Below the pieces are notes generated by a model. It saw only the letters and a list, made by a program, of their open reading frames with translations. It was not told where the DNA came from and did not search any database. Positions 15,073 through 22,772 of a DNA stretch of 23,166 bases are shown here, in pieces. The position numbers and the translations under genes are program-made. Origin of the DNA: a virus (Duplodnaviria; Heunggongvirae; Uroviricota; Caudoviricetes); IMG/VR virus record IMGVR_UViG_3300027908_000001, positions 1 through 23,166 of that record; one strand, given 5' to 3'. Within the stretch, counting starts at the first letter, position 1, and each line of letters opens with the position of its first letter.

Positions 15073-16182
15073 TTACTTCTTTGCTAATTGCTTGTCCCAA
15101 TGGTCGGCGAACAGTTCCGGCAAATGATTCTCCACCGACTTCATCGCCGTGCGGAAATCGACATGCGACTGTTCCTGCACCATCTTGGCCGCGTTGTAGG
15201 CGTTCAGTCCCGCCTTGTCAGTTGGCGATTTTGGAATCTGGTCAGCGAACCCGGCACGGATACCCTTGGCTGCGGCATCGGGATGCATTACGCGGTCCGG
15301 ATATTTGGCGGCCAGCCGCTCGGCGTCATCCACGGTCTGCAGGTGCGGGTTGTTGTGTTGGCTGTACTGCGCCATGTACTGCGCGCCTGCCAACGTGCGG
15401 AAAGGGCCGGTCGCCGCGCCGTACTGTTTGCCGTGAGATTCCTCGGTCGGCGTCGAGTCGTGCTGGAATACTTCATCCCTGCCGCCGGACTTACTGAAGT
15501 GGCCGACGTAATACTTCATCGGCCCCTTCTTCTCGAAACTGGTGGTGAGGCCGTTCTGCACGACATTCAAGCCATGCTGGCCCGCATAATCTTTGGCGGC
15601 TTCGGTTGCGCCTGAGTTGTGGAGAGCAAGGGCATGACCGGCATCGAACGCTTCGCCGCGTTTATTCGAGCCGTGACCTTTGGCGTCTTTCGCCTTGGCC
15701 AGCCTCCTTGCTTCCATCATGGCGGGACTGTTGACTCCCACGCCCCGAATGGCGGAGTTGCCCCAGCGTTTTTGGCTGTCAAACCCATCAGCCGGTATTC
15801 CAGCGATGACCTCCTGCGGATTGGCCTTAGCACCGGGTGGTTTCACCATGTGAATCTTGCCCTCTCCCGACCACGCCGTCTTGTACCCGTCCGCCTTCAA
15901 CTTATTGTAGGTTGCCATGCCATCAGTACGGCTCATGTCAACCGTTTGTTCGGCCGAGCCGCCCCGCTTCTCAGAACCGTGGCCTTTCGCATCCTTAGCC
16001 TTCTCAACCCGGCCAAGCTCTCCGACGCTCTTGCGAATCGGGCGCGACACCTCTGCCGCCGCGGCCTTCTTGCGGATAATCCCGCCGAACAACGACGCCG
16101 ACTTGAAGTTCGGCACGGTCTTGGTCACCGGTACGCTCGGCAATCCCTGAATCCTGCTCAATGCTTTGCTGCTGATACCCAT
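15073..16182 (-). CDS. Motif-tagged modular protein with two KAKDAKGHGSxKRG repeats
   Basis: GGAG RBS; internal repeat at 15958-16002 and 15655-15696. Confidence 0.85.
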   Translation of the reverse strand: MGISSKALSRIQGLPSVPVTKTVPNFKSASLFGGIIRKKAAAAEVSRPIRKSVGELGRVEKAKDAKGHGSEKRGGSAEQTVDMSRTDGMATYNKLKADGYKTAWSGEGKIHMVKPPGAKANPQEVIAGIPADGFDSQKRWGNSAIRGVGVNSPAMMEARRLAKAKDAKGHGSNKRGEAFDAGHALALHNSGATEAAKDYAGQHGLNVVQNGLTTSFEKKGPMKYYVGHFSKSGGRDEVFQHDSTPTEESHGKQYGAATGPFRTLAGAQYMAQYSQHNNPHLQTVDDAERLAAKYPDRVMHPDAAAKGIRAGFADQIPKSPTDKAGLNAYNAAKMVQEQSHVDFRTAMKSVENHLPELFADHWDKQLAKK

Positions 16183-16200
16183 AAATGTTCTCCAATCCTT

Positions 16201-16229
16201 ACTTTACGGCCCTACGTCGCCGCGTTCAA
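16201..16229 (-). promoter_or_regulatory. Sigma70-like promoter overlapping the upstream stop codon
   Basis: TTGAAC-17 nt-TAAAGT. TAA is the stop codon of 16204-16383. Confidence 0.7.
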
Positions 16230-16383
16230 CCTTCAATCGCTTGTATTCCGCCTCGCTCAATTCCATGCGGTCCGCGCTATCATCCGCCAAGTAAATCTCC
16301 AAGTAAAACTTCCCGCCCTCCGTCACCAGCAACGTCGGCTGATGCGTCTTAAGTTCCACTCCATCGATGCGGGTGAACTTCAT
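16204..16383 (-). CDS. Small acidic protein, 59 aa (MKFTRIDGVELK...DVGP), absent from the ORF track
   Basis: Hand translation; fills the gap exactly and reads as a natural protein. Confidence 0.75.
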   Translation of the reverse strand: MKFTRIDGVELKTHQPTLLVTEGGKFYLEIYLADDSADRMELSEAEYKRLKVERGDVGP

Positions 16384-16386
16384 GGC

Positions 16387-18633
16387 TCATGCCCCTACGA
16401 ACTCCGCAATCGTTTCGGAATCCTTGCCGCAACCGCACGTCGAACAGCCGCACTTCGATTTGCTCACGTCCGCCTGTGGGATACCCCATGCCGTCGCGAA
16501 ATTATTGGCCGCTTTTAAGAGTGGGATTATATCCATATCTACCTTGCGCACTTTCATCGTGAGTGGTTTATCTAACCCTTCGCGATACGACGCACCGACC
16601 GCGGCTGCCCATCTGTGGTGCCCGTCCAAGATATAATTTCCCGGACCTGCTGTAAAAATTGGCTCGCCTAGAATCGCAGGATTTTTACCAGACTCAATCG
16701 CCGCAACCATGCCTGCGACCTTGCCGCCGTTTAATTCTGAATTTCCCTGAATCGCAACTATCCCATTGCGGCGTGTAATTAACGTCCCACGAGGAAGAGT
16801 GAAACAATAGACTTCACCATCATATTCTTCCTTTATTGGCTTAGGCAAGCATGCAAGCGCGGCATTACCCGTTCCTCTAGCGCCAGAAGCGCCCTTACGC
16901 AATCGCACAAACCATTCCGTTCTTTCGCCTCTTTTGGTCATGTAGGTTTCTTGTTCCTGTTTTTGTGCGAAAAACCCACAATGCATAGCGAGACGTTGAG
17001 CGTCGTCCGCAAGCTGTTCGCTTGTAATTCCAAGCCGCGATGCCCCCAATGATTCCCATTTGTCTTTCCCGCCAGTCCAGCCGTCTCCCCTCATAAGGCC
17101 GCGCAATAAAATCCATTGCTGCTCTTTTGGAAGACTAAAAACAAATTCTGGTATTCTCTTGTTGTACGCATGGGTGCCAACGTGTTCTTCCAGCCATGCC
17201 ACATATTGACCGGGTTCCTTTGGGCACCAGAACCATTGCCCATCAGCCGATACGCATTCACGTCCTTTAACGCCTAGAGATTTACAGACTCTTTTTATCT
17301 CATCAATCCATGGAGATTTAATTGACTGTGAAACCATGCCAGCGTGCCCCTCGGCAATATACCAGCCAAGCCATGCCAGCCATGCATCCATAGGAAGAGA
17401 TATTTTTGGTCTCATCTTGGCGCTGCGAATCCTACGTGCAGAATATTCTGCATTCGGGTCTTCGATAACTCTTTGAACTGTTCTACGAATCTTTCCGACC
17501 TCATCCGCCACCCTCTGATAATATCCCTGCTTGCCTCTATGTCCCGGTGCATGGAATCCTTTTTCGCCCACTGCCGATTTACCACAGCCGCATGCACATA
17601 ATCCCGTCGCAAAAGAGAACGCTGCAATCTTCGCTGCTATATCTCGAATTCTATCGTTCCTTTCCTTGTGATATTCTCCGATTCGCAAGCCAACCCTTCG
17701 GCCAGACAATGGATATTCTGGAATGACGAATTCATCTACTTTGACGCCCCCACACATTCCGCCGGGGGCAGAGACCTGCGCGTACATTCGAGAGACATAA
17801 CTAAGGCTAGATGCCTCGCAGAATTTGGGAATCATATCGGATTGTTTGCGAATAAAAAGCCTATGATTCGGCGTGACGGCCAAGTCGAAGACCTGTCCAA
17901 TGAATCTATAAATAGGCCCACTATGACGCATTAACGTCATGCCCGCTAATGGTTGTTCATAATGAATCTGCTGTGACTCAGTATTAAACGATGCTATTTT
18001 GGGCATGGTTCCGTTGGCAGTATGAACTTTTAATTCATCCAGCCCCATCCATCCGTATTCTGTCAATGTCTCCGTAAGCGCATCGTGGCACTGAGTTGCC
18101 TTCAGATAATCGGCGCGCTCCACTTCGTCCGTAACGCTAATGCCTGCGGCGTGAAGGTGCTCCACGAATGGACCAGCCAAATCCACCTCTCCATTTTTAT
18201 CCTTCAGCAATGCATCAGCCTTCGAGCCCGGCGTCGGCACGCCTTTGAGTTGCGGCATCTGGACGCGGGGAACATTTTTTGACTCGACACAAAAAAGTGA
18301 GGTGCCGGGAATGGTTACCTTGCACAAATCGTATACACCGGCTTTTTCCCCTTTGGCCTTGGCTTCATCCACAATGTCTTTGAGTTTACCAAGAAGCGTG
18401 GAAACCTGTCGAACGCTTTTTAGCTGGACATATTTGTTCTCACCCAGCGCCTTGGCCGCGACCAACACGTCGCTGGTGACTATCGGGTCGGACTTGGTGC
18501 CGGTGCCCGTCGATTCGCCGTCTGCGCCCGAAGTGAATTCTCCGCCACCGGTCTGTCCAGCCGGTACCCGTGGATGCTGCTCCTCGGTGAACGCCTTGGC
18601 GAGGTGATGGATGATTTGGACAGCAGGTCGCAT
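16387..18633 (-). CDS. ParB/Srx-like domain protein with HPR motif, interrupted by an intein (about 298 aa after splicing)
   Basis: The spliced junction LKATQ|SEL joins to YILDGHHRWAAA, a ParB N-terminal-like motif. Confidence 0.85.
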   Translation of the reverse strand: MRPAVQIIHHLAKAFTEEQHPRVPAGQTGGGEFTSGADGESTGTGTKSDPIVTSDVLVAAKALGENKYVQLKSVRQVSTLLGKLKDIVDEAKAKGEKAGVYDLCKVTIPGTSLFCVESKNVPRVQMPQLKGVPTPGSKADALLKDKNGEVDLAGPFVEHLHAAGISVTDEVERADYLKATQCHDALTETLTEYGWMGLDELKVHTANGTMPKIASFNTESQQIHYEQPLAGMTLMRHSGPIYRFIGQVFDLAVTPNHRLFIRKQSDMIPKFCEASSLSYVSRMYAQVSAPGGMCGGVKVDEFVIPEYPLSGRRVGLRIGEYHKERNDRIRDIAAKIAAFSFATGLCACGCGKSAVGEKGFHAPGHRGKQGYYQRVADEVGKIRRTVQRVIEDPNAEYSARRIRSAKMRPKISLPMDAWLAWLGWYIAEGHAGMVSQSIKSPWIDEIKRVCKSLGVKGRECVSADGQWFWCPKEPGQYVAWLEEHVGTHAYNKRIPEFVFSLPKEQQWILLRGLMRGDGWTGGKDKWESLGASRLGITSEQLADDAQRLAMHCGFFAQKQEQETYMTKRGERTEWFVRLRKGASGARGTGNAALACLPKPIKEEYDGEVYCFTLPRGTLITRRNGIVAIQGNSELNGGKVAGMVAAIESGKNPAILGEPIFTAGPGNYILDGHHRWAAAVGASYREGLDKPLTMKVRKVDMDIIPLLKAANNFATAWGIPQADVSKSKCGCSTCGCGKDSETIAEFVGA
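16741..18090 (-). mobile_element. Intein (450 aa) with LAGLIDADG homing endonuclease
   Basis: Starts CHDALTE; block B VTPNHRL; LAGLIDADG-like WLGWYIAEG and LLRGLMRGDG; block F VYCFTL; ends IQGN followed by Ser+1; AT-rich relative to the exteins. Confidence 0.93.
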
Positions 18634-18634
18634 G

Positions 18635-18988
18635 TCAGTTCTCGATGATGCCGAATTCGTAGAGGCAGGAGGCCGTGTGTGCCTTACAGTGAATCGCCGC
18701 TGCGTTCCATCTCGCTACCAAGAATTCTCCCGGCAGAATCACCAATGGGTACGTCGAGCCGTCGCCACCTATACTGATGTAGTTGGTGCCGTCAAGGTTC
18801 TTGATGTAAATCCAGCCAATAGTGCCAATTGCACCCAGCGGAATCGTACCGTCCGATGTCGTAGCAAGCTCCACGCCGACCGACATGTAGGTGCCGGTCA
18901 TCGTGATGGAATCGGAGCCGGATTTCGAGAATTGCGCCCCGTTCTTGGAAGCAGTTATATTGAAGCTGACAGCGATTTCGTTGGCCAT
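18635..18988 (-). CDS. Putative virion structural protein (small, beta-rich)
   Basis: Gly/Thr/Ser/Ile-rich with few charged residues (WIYIKNLDGTNYISIG). Function is inferred from composition only. Confidence 0.5.
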   Translation of the reverse strand: MANEIAVSFNITASKNGAQFSKSGSDSITMTGTYMSVGVELATTSDGTIPLGAIGTIGWIYIKNLDGTNYISIGGDGSTYPLVILPGEFLVARWNAAAIHCKAHTASCLYEFGIIEN

Positions 18989-19004
18989 AGCGCGTGGTAG
19001 TCCT

Positions 19005-19031
19005 GTTCTACCATTCGCCGAAAGGGGTCAA
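19005..19031 (-). promoter_or_regulatory. Possible promoter for the virion/cargo block
   Basis: TTGACC-15 nt-TAGAAC with TG at the extended -10 position; the spacer is short. Confidence 0.3.
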
Positions 19032-19050
19032 CGCGGGCAGGACGTGGGTA

Positions 19051-19530
19051 TTACCGCTGCTCGAAGGCTTCCTGCATGGTCCATGGACGAGGATTGGGCA
19101 GTCGGAACAACCAACGTAAATGCTGGTCACGGTCGTTCGGGATGTCCACGTGCGGGCACATCCGCGTGTCTTGAACCTTGAATGTCTCCACGGCGTACTC
19201 CACCGGCCAGCGCCGCGCGAACCATGCACCGGCAACCTCGTCCCGCTGATACAGCCACTTCGTGAACGCCTCGCGGATGCCCTGCTTCCAATTCTTGGGG
19301 TACCGGACCGTCTTGGTGTCCGTGATAACGTCTTTGGCGGCCAAGGCGCGGTCGAGCGACACAATCAATTCGTCGCGCATGTGGTCTATCTCCACGGCGA
19401 ACCGTGCATTTCTACCCAGAGAGCGGAGGCTTATGTATCCCCGAGAATGCAGCGTCTCAATCCGGGCAATCAACTCCTCGGAGCATGGCTCGGTCACCGA
19501 CCATGGGTCAATATCAGGCCACTTCGGCAT
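19051..19530 (-). CDS. Hypothetical protein, 159 aa
   Basis: ORF in a coupled minus-strand run. Confidence 0.75.
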   Translation of the reverse strand: MPKWPDIDPWSVTEPCSEELIARIETLHSRGYISLRSLGRNARFAVEIDHMRDELIVSLDRALAAKDVITDTKTVRYPKNWKQGIREAFTKWLYQRDEVAGAWFARRWPVEYAVETFKVQDTRMCPHVDIPNDRDQHLRWLFRLPNPRPWTMQEAFEQR

Positions 19531-19747
19531 AAGCGTTAGTCATCCCGCGCCGACCGACGGGCTTGTTTTGCTGGCCCGCCGACATGCCGGATTTACGACC
19601 TCCTCCGCAGATGTCGCAGACCGGCTGGCTGTCCTTGATTTTGGTGGCCTTGCGCGTACAGGCGCAGGTCGCAAAACCTTTGTCGATGCGCTCCTGCAGG
19701 AATTGGCTGGTGGTTTTGTGTTGGGCGGGTTTGCGTGGTGTGCTCAT
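19514..19747 (-). CDS. Small Cys protein (CACT...CDICG)
   Basis: Coupled ORF; possible Zn ribbon. Confidence 0.6.
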   Translation of the reverse strand: MSTPRKPAQHKTTSQFLQERIDKGFATCACTRKATKIKDSQPVCDICGGGRKSGMSAGQQNKPVGRRGMTNAYAEVA

Positions 19748-19959
19748 GATACCTTGGTTCCTTTTCCTAGTATTTCTTTTCCGTTTTTAATCAAATCTCT
19801 CAGTAATCCCTCGGCGGCACCGGTTGCCATCTTGCTGCCCTGCGTGTATGCTAGTTCCATTGCGCGCTTGAACTCTACCGGTCGCAGGGTGACGGTCTCG
19901 GCAGTGGTCAGCACCGGATTCTTGGCAACCACCTGCTCCCATAGCTTCTCGAAGGTCAC
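19744..19959 (-). CDS. Hypothetical protein, 71 aa
   Basis: ATGA-coupled ORF. Confidence 0.75.
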   Translation of the reverse strand: MTFEKLWEQVVAKNPVLTTAETVTLRPVEFKRAMELAYTQGSKMATGAAEGLLRDLIKNGKEILGKGTKVS

Positions 19960-20234
19960 GGGTCGGTATGCTCCATCGTGTACGGCAGCGCCGGTCGAGC
20001 CAGTGGATGCCAGAACTTCAATAATACGCCGGGATGGTCGAATATCTCCATGAAAAAACCTTGCCAGCCGCGTTCCTTTCTGCGAACCAGTATCCCCATC
20101 ATCATTTCATTAGGATTTTCCGGCCTGCTTCCAAGCACCCAGACTGGCGTATCCAACTCCGGAATGGCATTGTCGGAAAATGATTTCCAGCCGTAGCCAA
20201 TCAGAGCCGCCTTGTGTCGTTCTTCGTACTTCAT
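19956..20234 (-). CDS. Hypothetical protein, 92 aa
   Basis: Start trimmed to the ATG at 20234, which overlaps the upstream TGA. Confidence 0.7.
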   Translation of the reverse strand: MKYEERHKAALIGYGWKSFSDNAIPELDTPVWVLGSRPENPNEMMMGILVRRKERGWQGFFMEIFDHPGVLLKFWHPLARPALPYTMEHTDP

Positions 20235-20575
20235 GACGAATACCCCGCCAGCCAGCGCTTGTATTTCTCGGCCTTCTTGAGCAGCGCCAGACGCACCGGC
20301 GTCCGGTCGCCATACTTCGCGCGCCACTGTGTCATGAACGCCGCGCAGCGCTCCTTGTAGAGCTTGACGCGGATTTTGTCGAATACGTCAAAATCACTGC
20401 ATCGCGCCGATAATCCCATGTGCAGAAACCAGTTCATGCACCGGCACCACTCTGAGTTGTCCACTGTCATCTTATAGCCGGTTCCCGGCGGGCCAGAACC
20501 CACCTCCCATTCCAGCAGGTCTTTACCCAGCACGAACTTCTGCGCCCTCCAGAAAAGGTGTGACTGTCGATTCAT
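20231..20575 (-). CDS. Hypothetical protein, 114 aa
   Basis: ATGA-coupled at both ends. Confidence 0.7.
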   Translation of the reverse strand: MNRQSHLFWRAQKFVLGKDLLEWEVGSGPPGTGYKMTVDNSEWCRCMNWFLHMGLSARCSDFDVFDKIRVKLYKERCAAFMTQWRAKYGDRTPVRLALLKKAEKYKRWLAGYSS

Positions 20576-20805
20576 CGTCCCCGGTTCGCTTTCCGTATCA
20601 GCGCAGCATCCTTGCGCGTCACGGCACCGGCCTCGACCAAGGCTTCCAAGTCAGCCCACGGGACGTTCATGAGGAAATCCCAGCGCTGTTCAGTTGTCAG
20701 CGTTTTGATGTCGGCTGCCATTTGATTCACTTTCTTCGCTGTATATCCGGGGTCGGTCTTTTCCCATCCCGCGCCGCTGGCTCCCCTGTTCCTGCTGATG
20801 CCCAA
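20572..20805 (-). CDS. Hypothetical protein, about 77 aa
   Basis: TTG at 20805 just after the upstream stop, with AGGA upstream. The track's longer start overlaps another gene. Confidence 0.55.
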   Translation of the reverse strand: MGISRNRGASGAGWEKTDPGYTAKKVNQMAADIKTLTTEQRWDFLMNVPWADLEALVEAGAVTRKDAALIRKANRGR

Positions 20806-20806
20806 T

Positions 20807-21139
20807 TCAATCCTGTTCTTGAAACTTGATGAGCAAGTCGATGAATCGCTCGTGGACTTGCATCCATCTGATGAAATCCAAGGCGGTGTAGTTGTAGGCG
20901 GCCTTGGTGATGAATTTCGCTTCGGAATGGATTGTGTTGTATGGAGGGGCCAAACGAAAAGTGAATGGTTGGTCAAGCCCGAGGTCTTTTAACGTCAAAG
21001 GACTTGCCACAATCAAGTCCCACAGCAGGCCGACGCCGATGCCGGGTCTGTCAGAGATGTTAATCCGAACCGTGTATGGTATCTCCCACTCCTTGCAGGT
21101 GTCGGCCTGTTCGTGCATGATAATCTCGATGGGGTTCAT
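20807..21139 (-). CDS. Hypothetical protein, 110 aa
   Basis: Coupled ORF. Confidence 0.7.
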   Translation of the reverse strand: MNPIEIIMHEQADTCKEWEIPYTVRINISDRPGIGVGLLWDLIVASPLTLKDLGLDQPFTFRLAPPYNTIHSEAKFITKAAYNYTALDFIRWMQVHERFIDLLIKFQEQD

Positions 21140-22515
21140 ACGCCCATCCCCACGTTGGTGCCATCGTTGAATTTCAGCACCTTTGAAGCTACATTGCCCT
21201 GCTCGTCGTATTTGATGGTTTCCTCGATGCAGCGGCGTTCTGGAGTTGGTTTATGCTCTACCGGGTAACACGTCGCCACCTTCTCCAAGACGTGAACCTT
21301 GTTTCGTTCCTTGTTGGCGATGCGTTGCGCTTCTTCGTGGGCTTCCTTGAACGTATCGTGACGCGTCTGGGGCTTCATGCCCCGAGGGAAAGAGTTGAAT
21401 ACCATCCACCACTTCTGGAAGTCGTACCGTTGCTCCATGCGCGCGCCGTGCTTGTGAATCTCGTTGCGGACATTTTCCGAGTGCTGCTTGATAGATGCGC
21501 AGACTGAATCGTTGATGTTATGGACGCCGATGTCTCTCATGTCGACAAGGCTCACACGCCAGCGGCTTACTTTACCGAGCGGAACCCGGGTGCCGTCATC
21601 CAGTGAGAATTCCTTGTCCTCTGTTTCCCACCGGCAGTAGTGCATGTTTTCGTTGCAATCGCCATCTGGCACACAAATCTCGAATCTGTCCACGCGTGGC
21701 TTGCCGGTACAAAAATGGGAGTATCCGACCTGATTAGGCCAGCTTCGCAGCTTCCGTAATACGTCCTCCGGACTAGAAGGCGTTCCGGAGCCTCCAAGTA
21801 TCCGGTCGCACTCGGATACTACCTTCATCAATCGCGCCGTGGTTTCGTGGGATTCGCGCAGCCGGTCCGTCTTGCGCTGGAGGATGTCCTTGAGTTCTCG
21901 GATTTCATCGGTAAACCTACCGGCGAAGCGGCGCATGTGACTCACGAAAAGGTCACTGCCCAGATGGAACATTTTAGCTCCAGACTCTTTCCAGAGCGTC
22001 TCGGCAGCTTCCAGTAATCCGTCTGGAGTTTCTTCCGCCGCCGCATGCTCCATCGCCGCAACCACGGTGTCTCCCAATCCCTTGGGGCGAATCTTCTCTC
22101 GGTACTTGTCGGCGCGGACCCCGTGCCTGAAAAGTATCTTGGCGACCATACCTTCGCCGTCCCGAAGAATGCCGAGCATGACATGGTGCGTTCCAACGTA
22201 AGGCGTCCCCATGGACTGCGCCTCCTTGTTGGCCAATGCCAGCACTTTCTTGACGCGCGGCGTGTAGGGGAGTGATTCGCTGGTCATATTGACATCGCCG
22301 AATCCAACCTCCTTCTCAATCTCGGCCTTGAGTTGTTCCGTCTCGATGTCAATGCCTAGCCGAGGCAATGCAACCGAGTGCTGCGTTTTGCCAAGTTCAA
22401 TCAGGCCCAACACCAAATGTTCCGTGCCGACATAATTACAGCCGAGCCGTTTGGCCTCGCACCGGGCTACGGCGAGCAGTTGTTGCACGCGCGGCGTAAA
22501 TTGTCCCATGGTCAT
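21136..22515 (-). CDS. ClpC-type N-terminal (double Clp-N repeat) domain fused to non-ATPase domains
   Basis: FTPRVQQLLAVARCEAKRLGCNYVGTEHLVLGL and YTPRVKKVLALANKEAQSMGTPYVGTHHVMLGILRDGEG; no Walker A (GxxGxGKT) in the remaining ~310 aa. Confidence 0.88.
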   Translation of the reverse strand: MTMGQFTPRVQQLLAVARCEAKRLGCNYVGTEHLVLGLIELGKTQHSVALPRLGIDIETEQLKAEIEKEVGFGDVNMTSESLPYTPRVKKVLALANKEAQSMGTPYVGTHHVMLGILRDGEGMVAKILFRHGVRADKYREKIRPKGLGDTVVAAMEHAAAEETPDGLLEAAETLWKESGAKMFHLGSDLFVSHMRRFAGRFTDEIRELKDILQRKTDRLRESHETTARLMKVVSECDRILGGSGTPSSPEDVLRKLRSWPNQVGYSHFCTGKPRVDRFEICVPDGDCNENMHYCRWETEDKEFSLDDGTRVPLGKVSRWRVSLVDMRDIGVHNINDSVCASIKQHSENVRNEIHKHGARMEQRYDFQKWWMVFNSFPRGMKPQTRHDTFKEAHEEAQRIANKERNKVHVLEKVATCYPVEHKPTPERRCIEETIKYDEQGNVASKVLKFNDGTNVGMGV

Positions 22516-22772
22516 AATTTCTCCTTCTCCTTAATCTGCGGCGGCGCGGTCGGATTCGTGAGCGTCACCTCCTGAATCAGCCCGCTCATCTTCGTGGCAA
22601 CCTTGCCCAAACACCAGCAGACGACCATGAGTACGAGCACGCCAATCGCGTAGCCGCCCATCTCGTCATAGCTCCACTCCAAGAACACGAATATGCCGTA
22701 GAGGATTTTCAGGACCCATGCGCCGACGCCCATGGTGGCAAATGCCACGCCTATTTTTTTCAGTACGTTCAT
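22512..22772 (-). CDS. Small membrane protein (2 TM)
   Basis: Two hydrophobic segments; coupled ORF. Confidence 0.7.
   Translation of the reverse strand: MNVLKKIGVAFATMGVGAWVLKILYGIFVFLEWSYDEMGGYAIGVLVLMVVCWCLGKVATKMSGLIQEVTLTNPTAPPQIKEKEKL

Noticed and set aside
21136-22515. Annotation as a full ClpC/ClpB chaperone
   Set aside because: No Walker A/B or AAA+ domains; only the N-terminal repeat is present.
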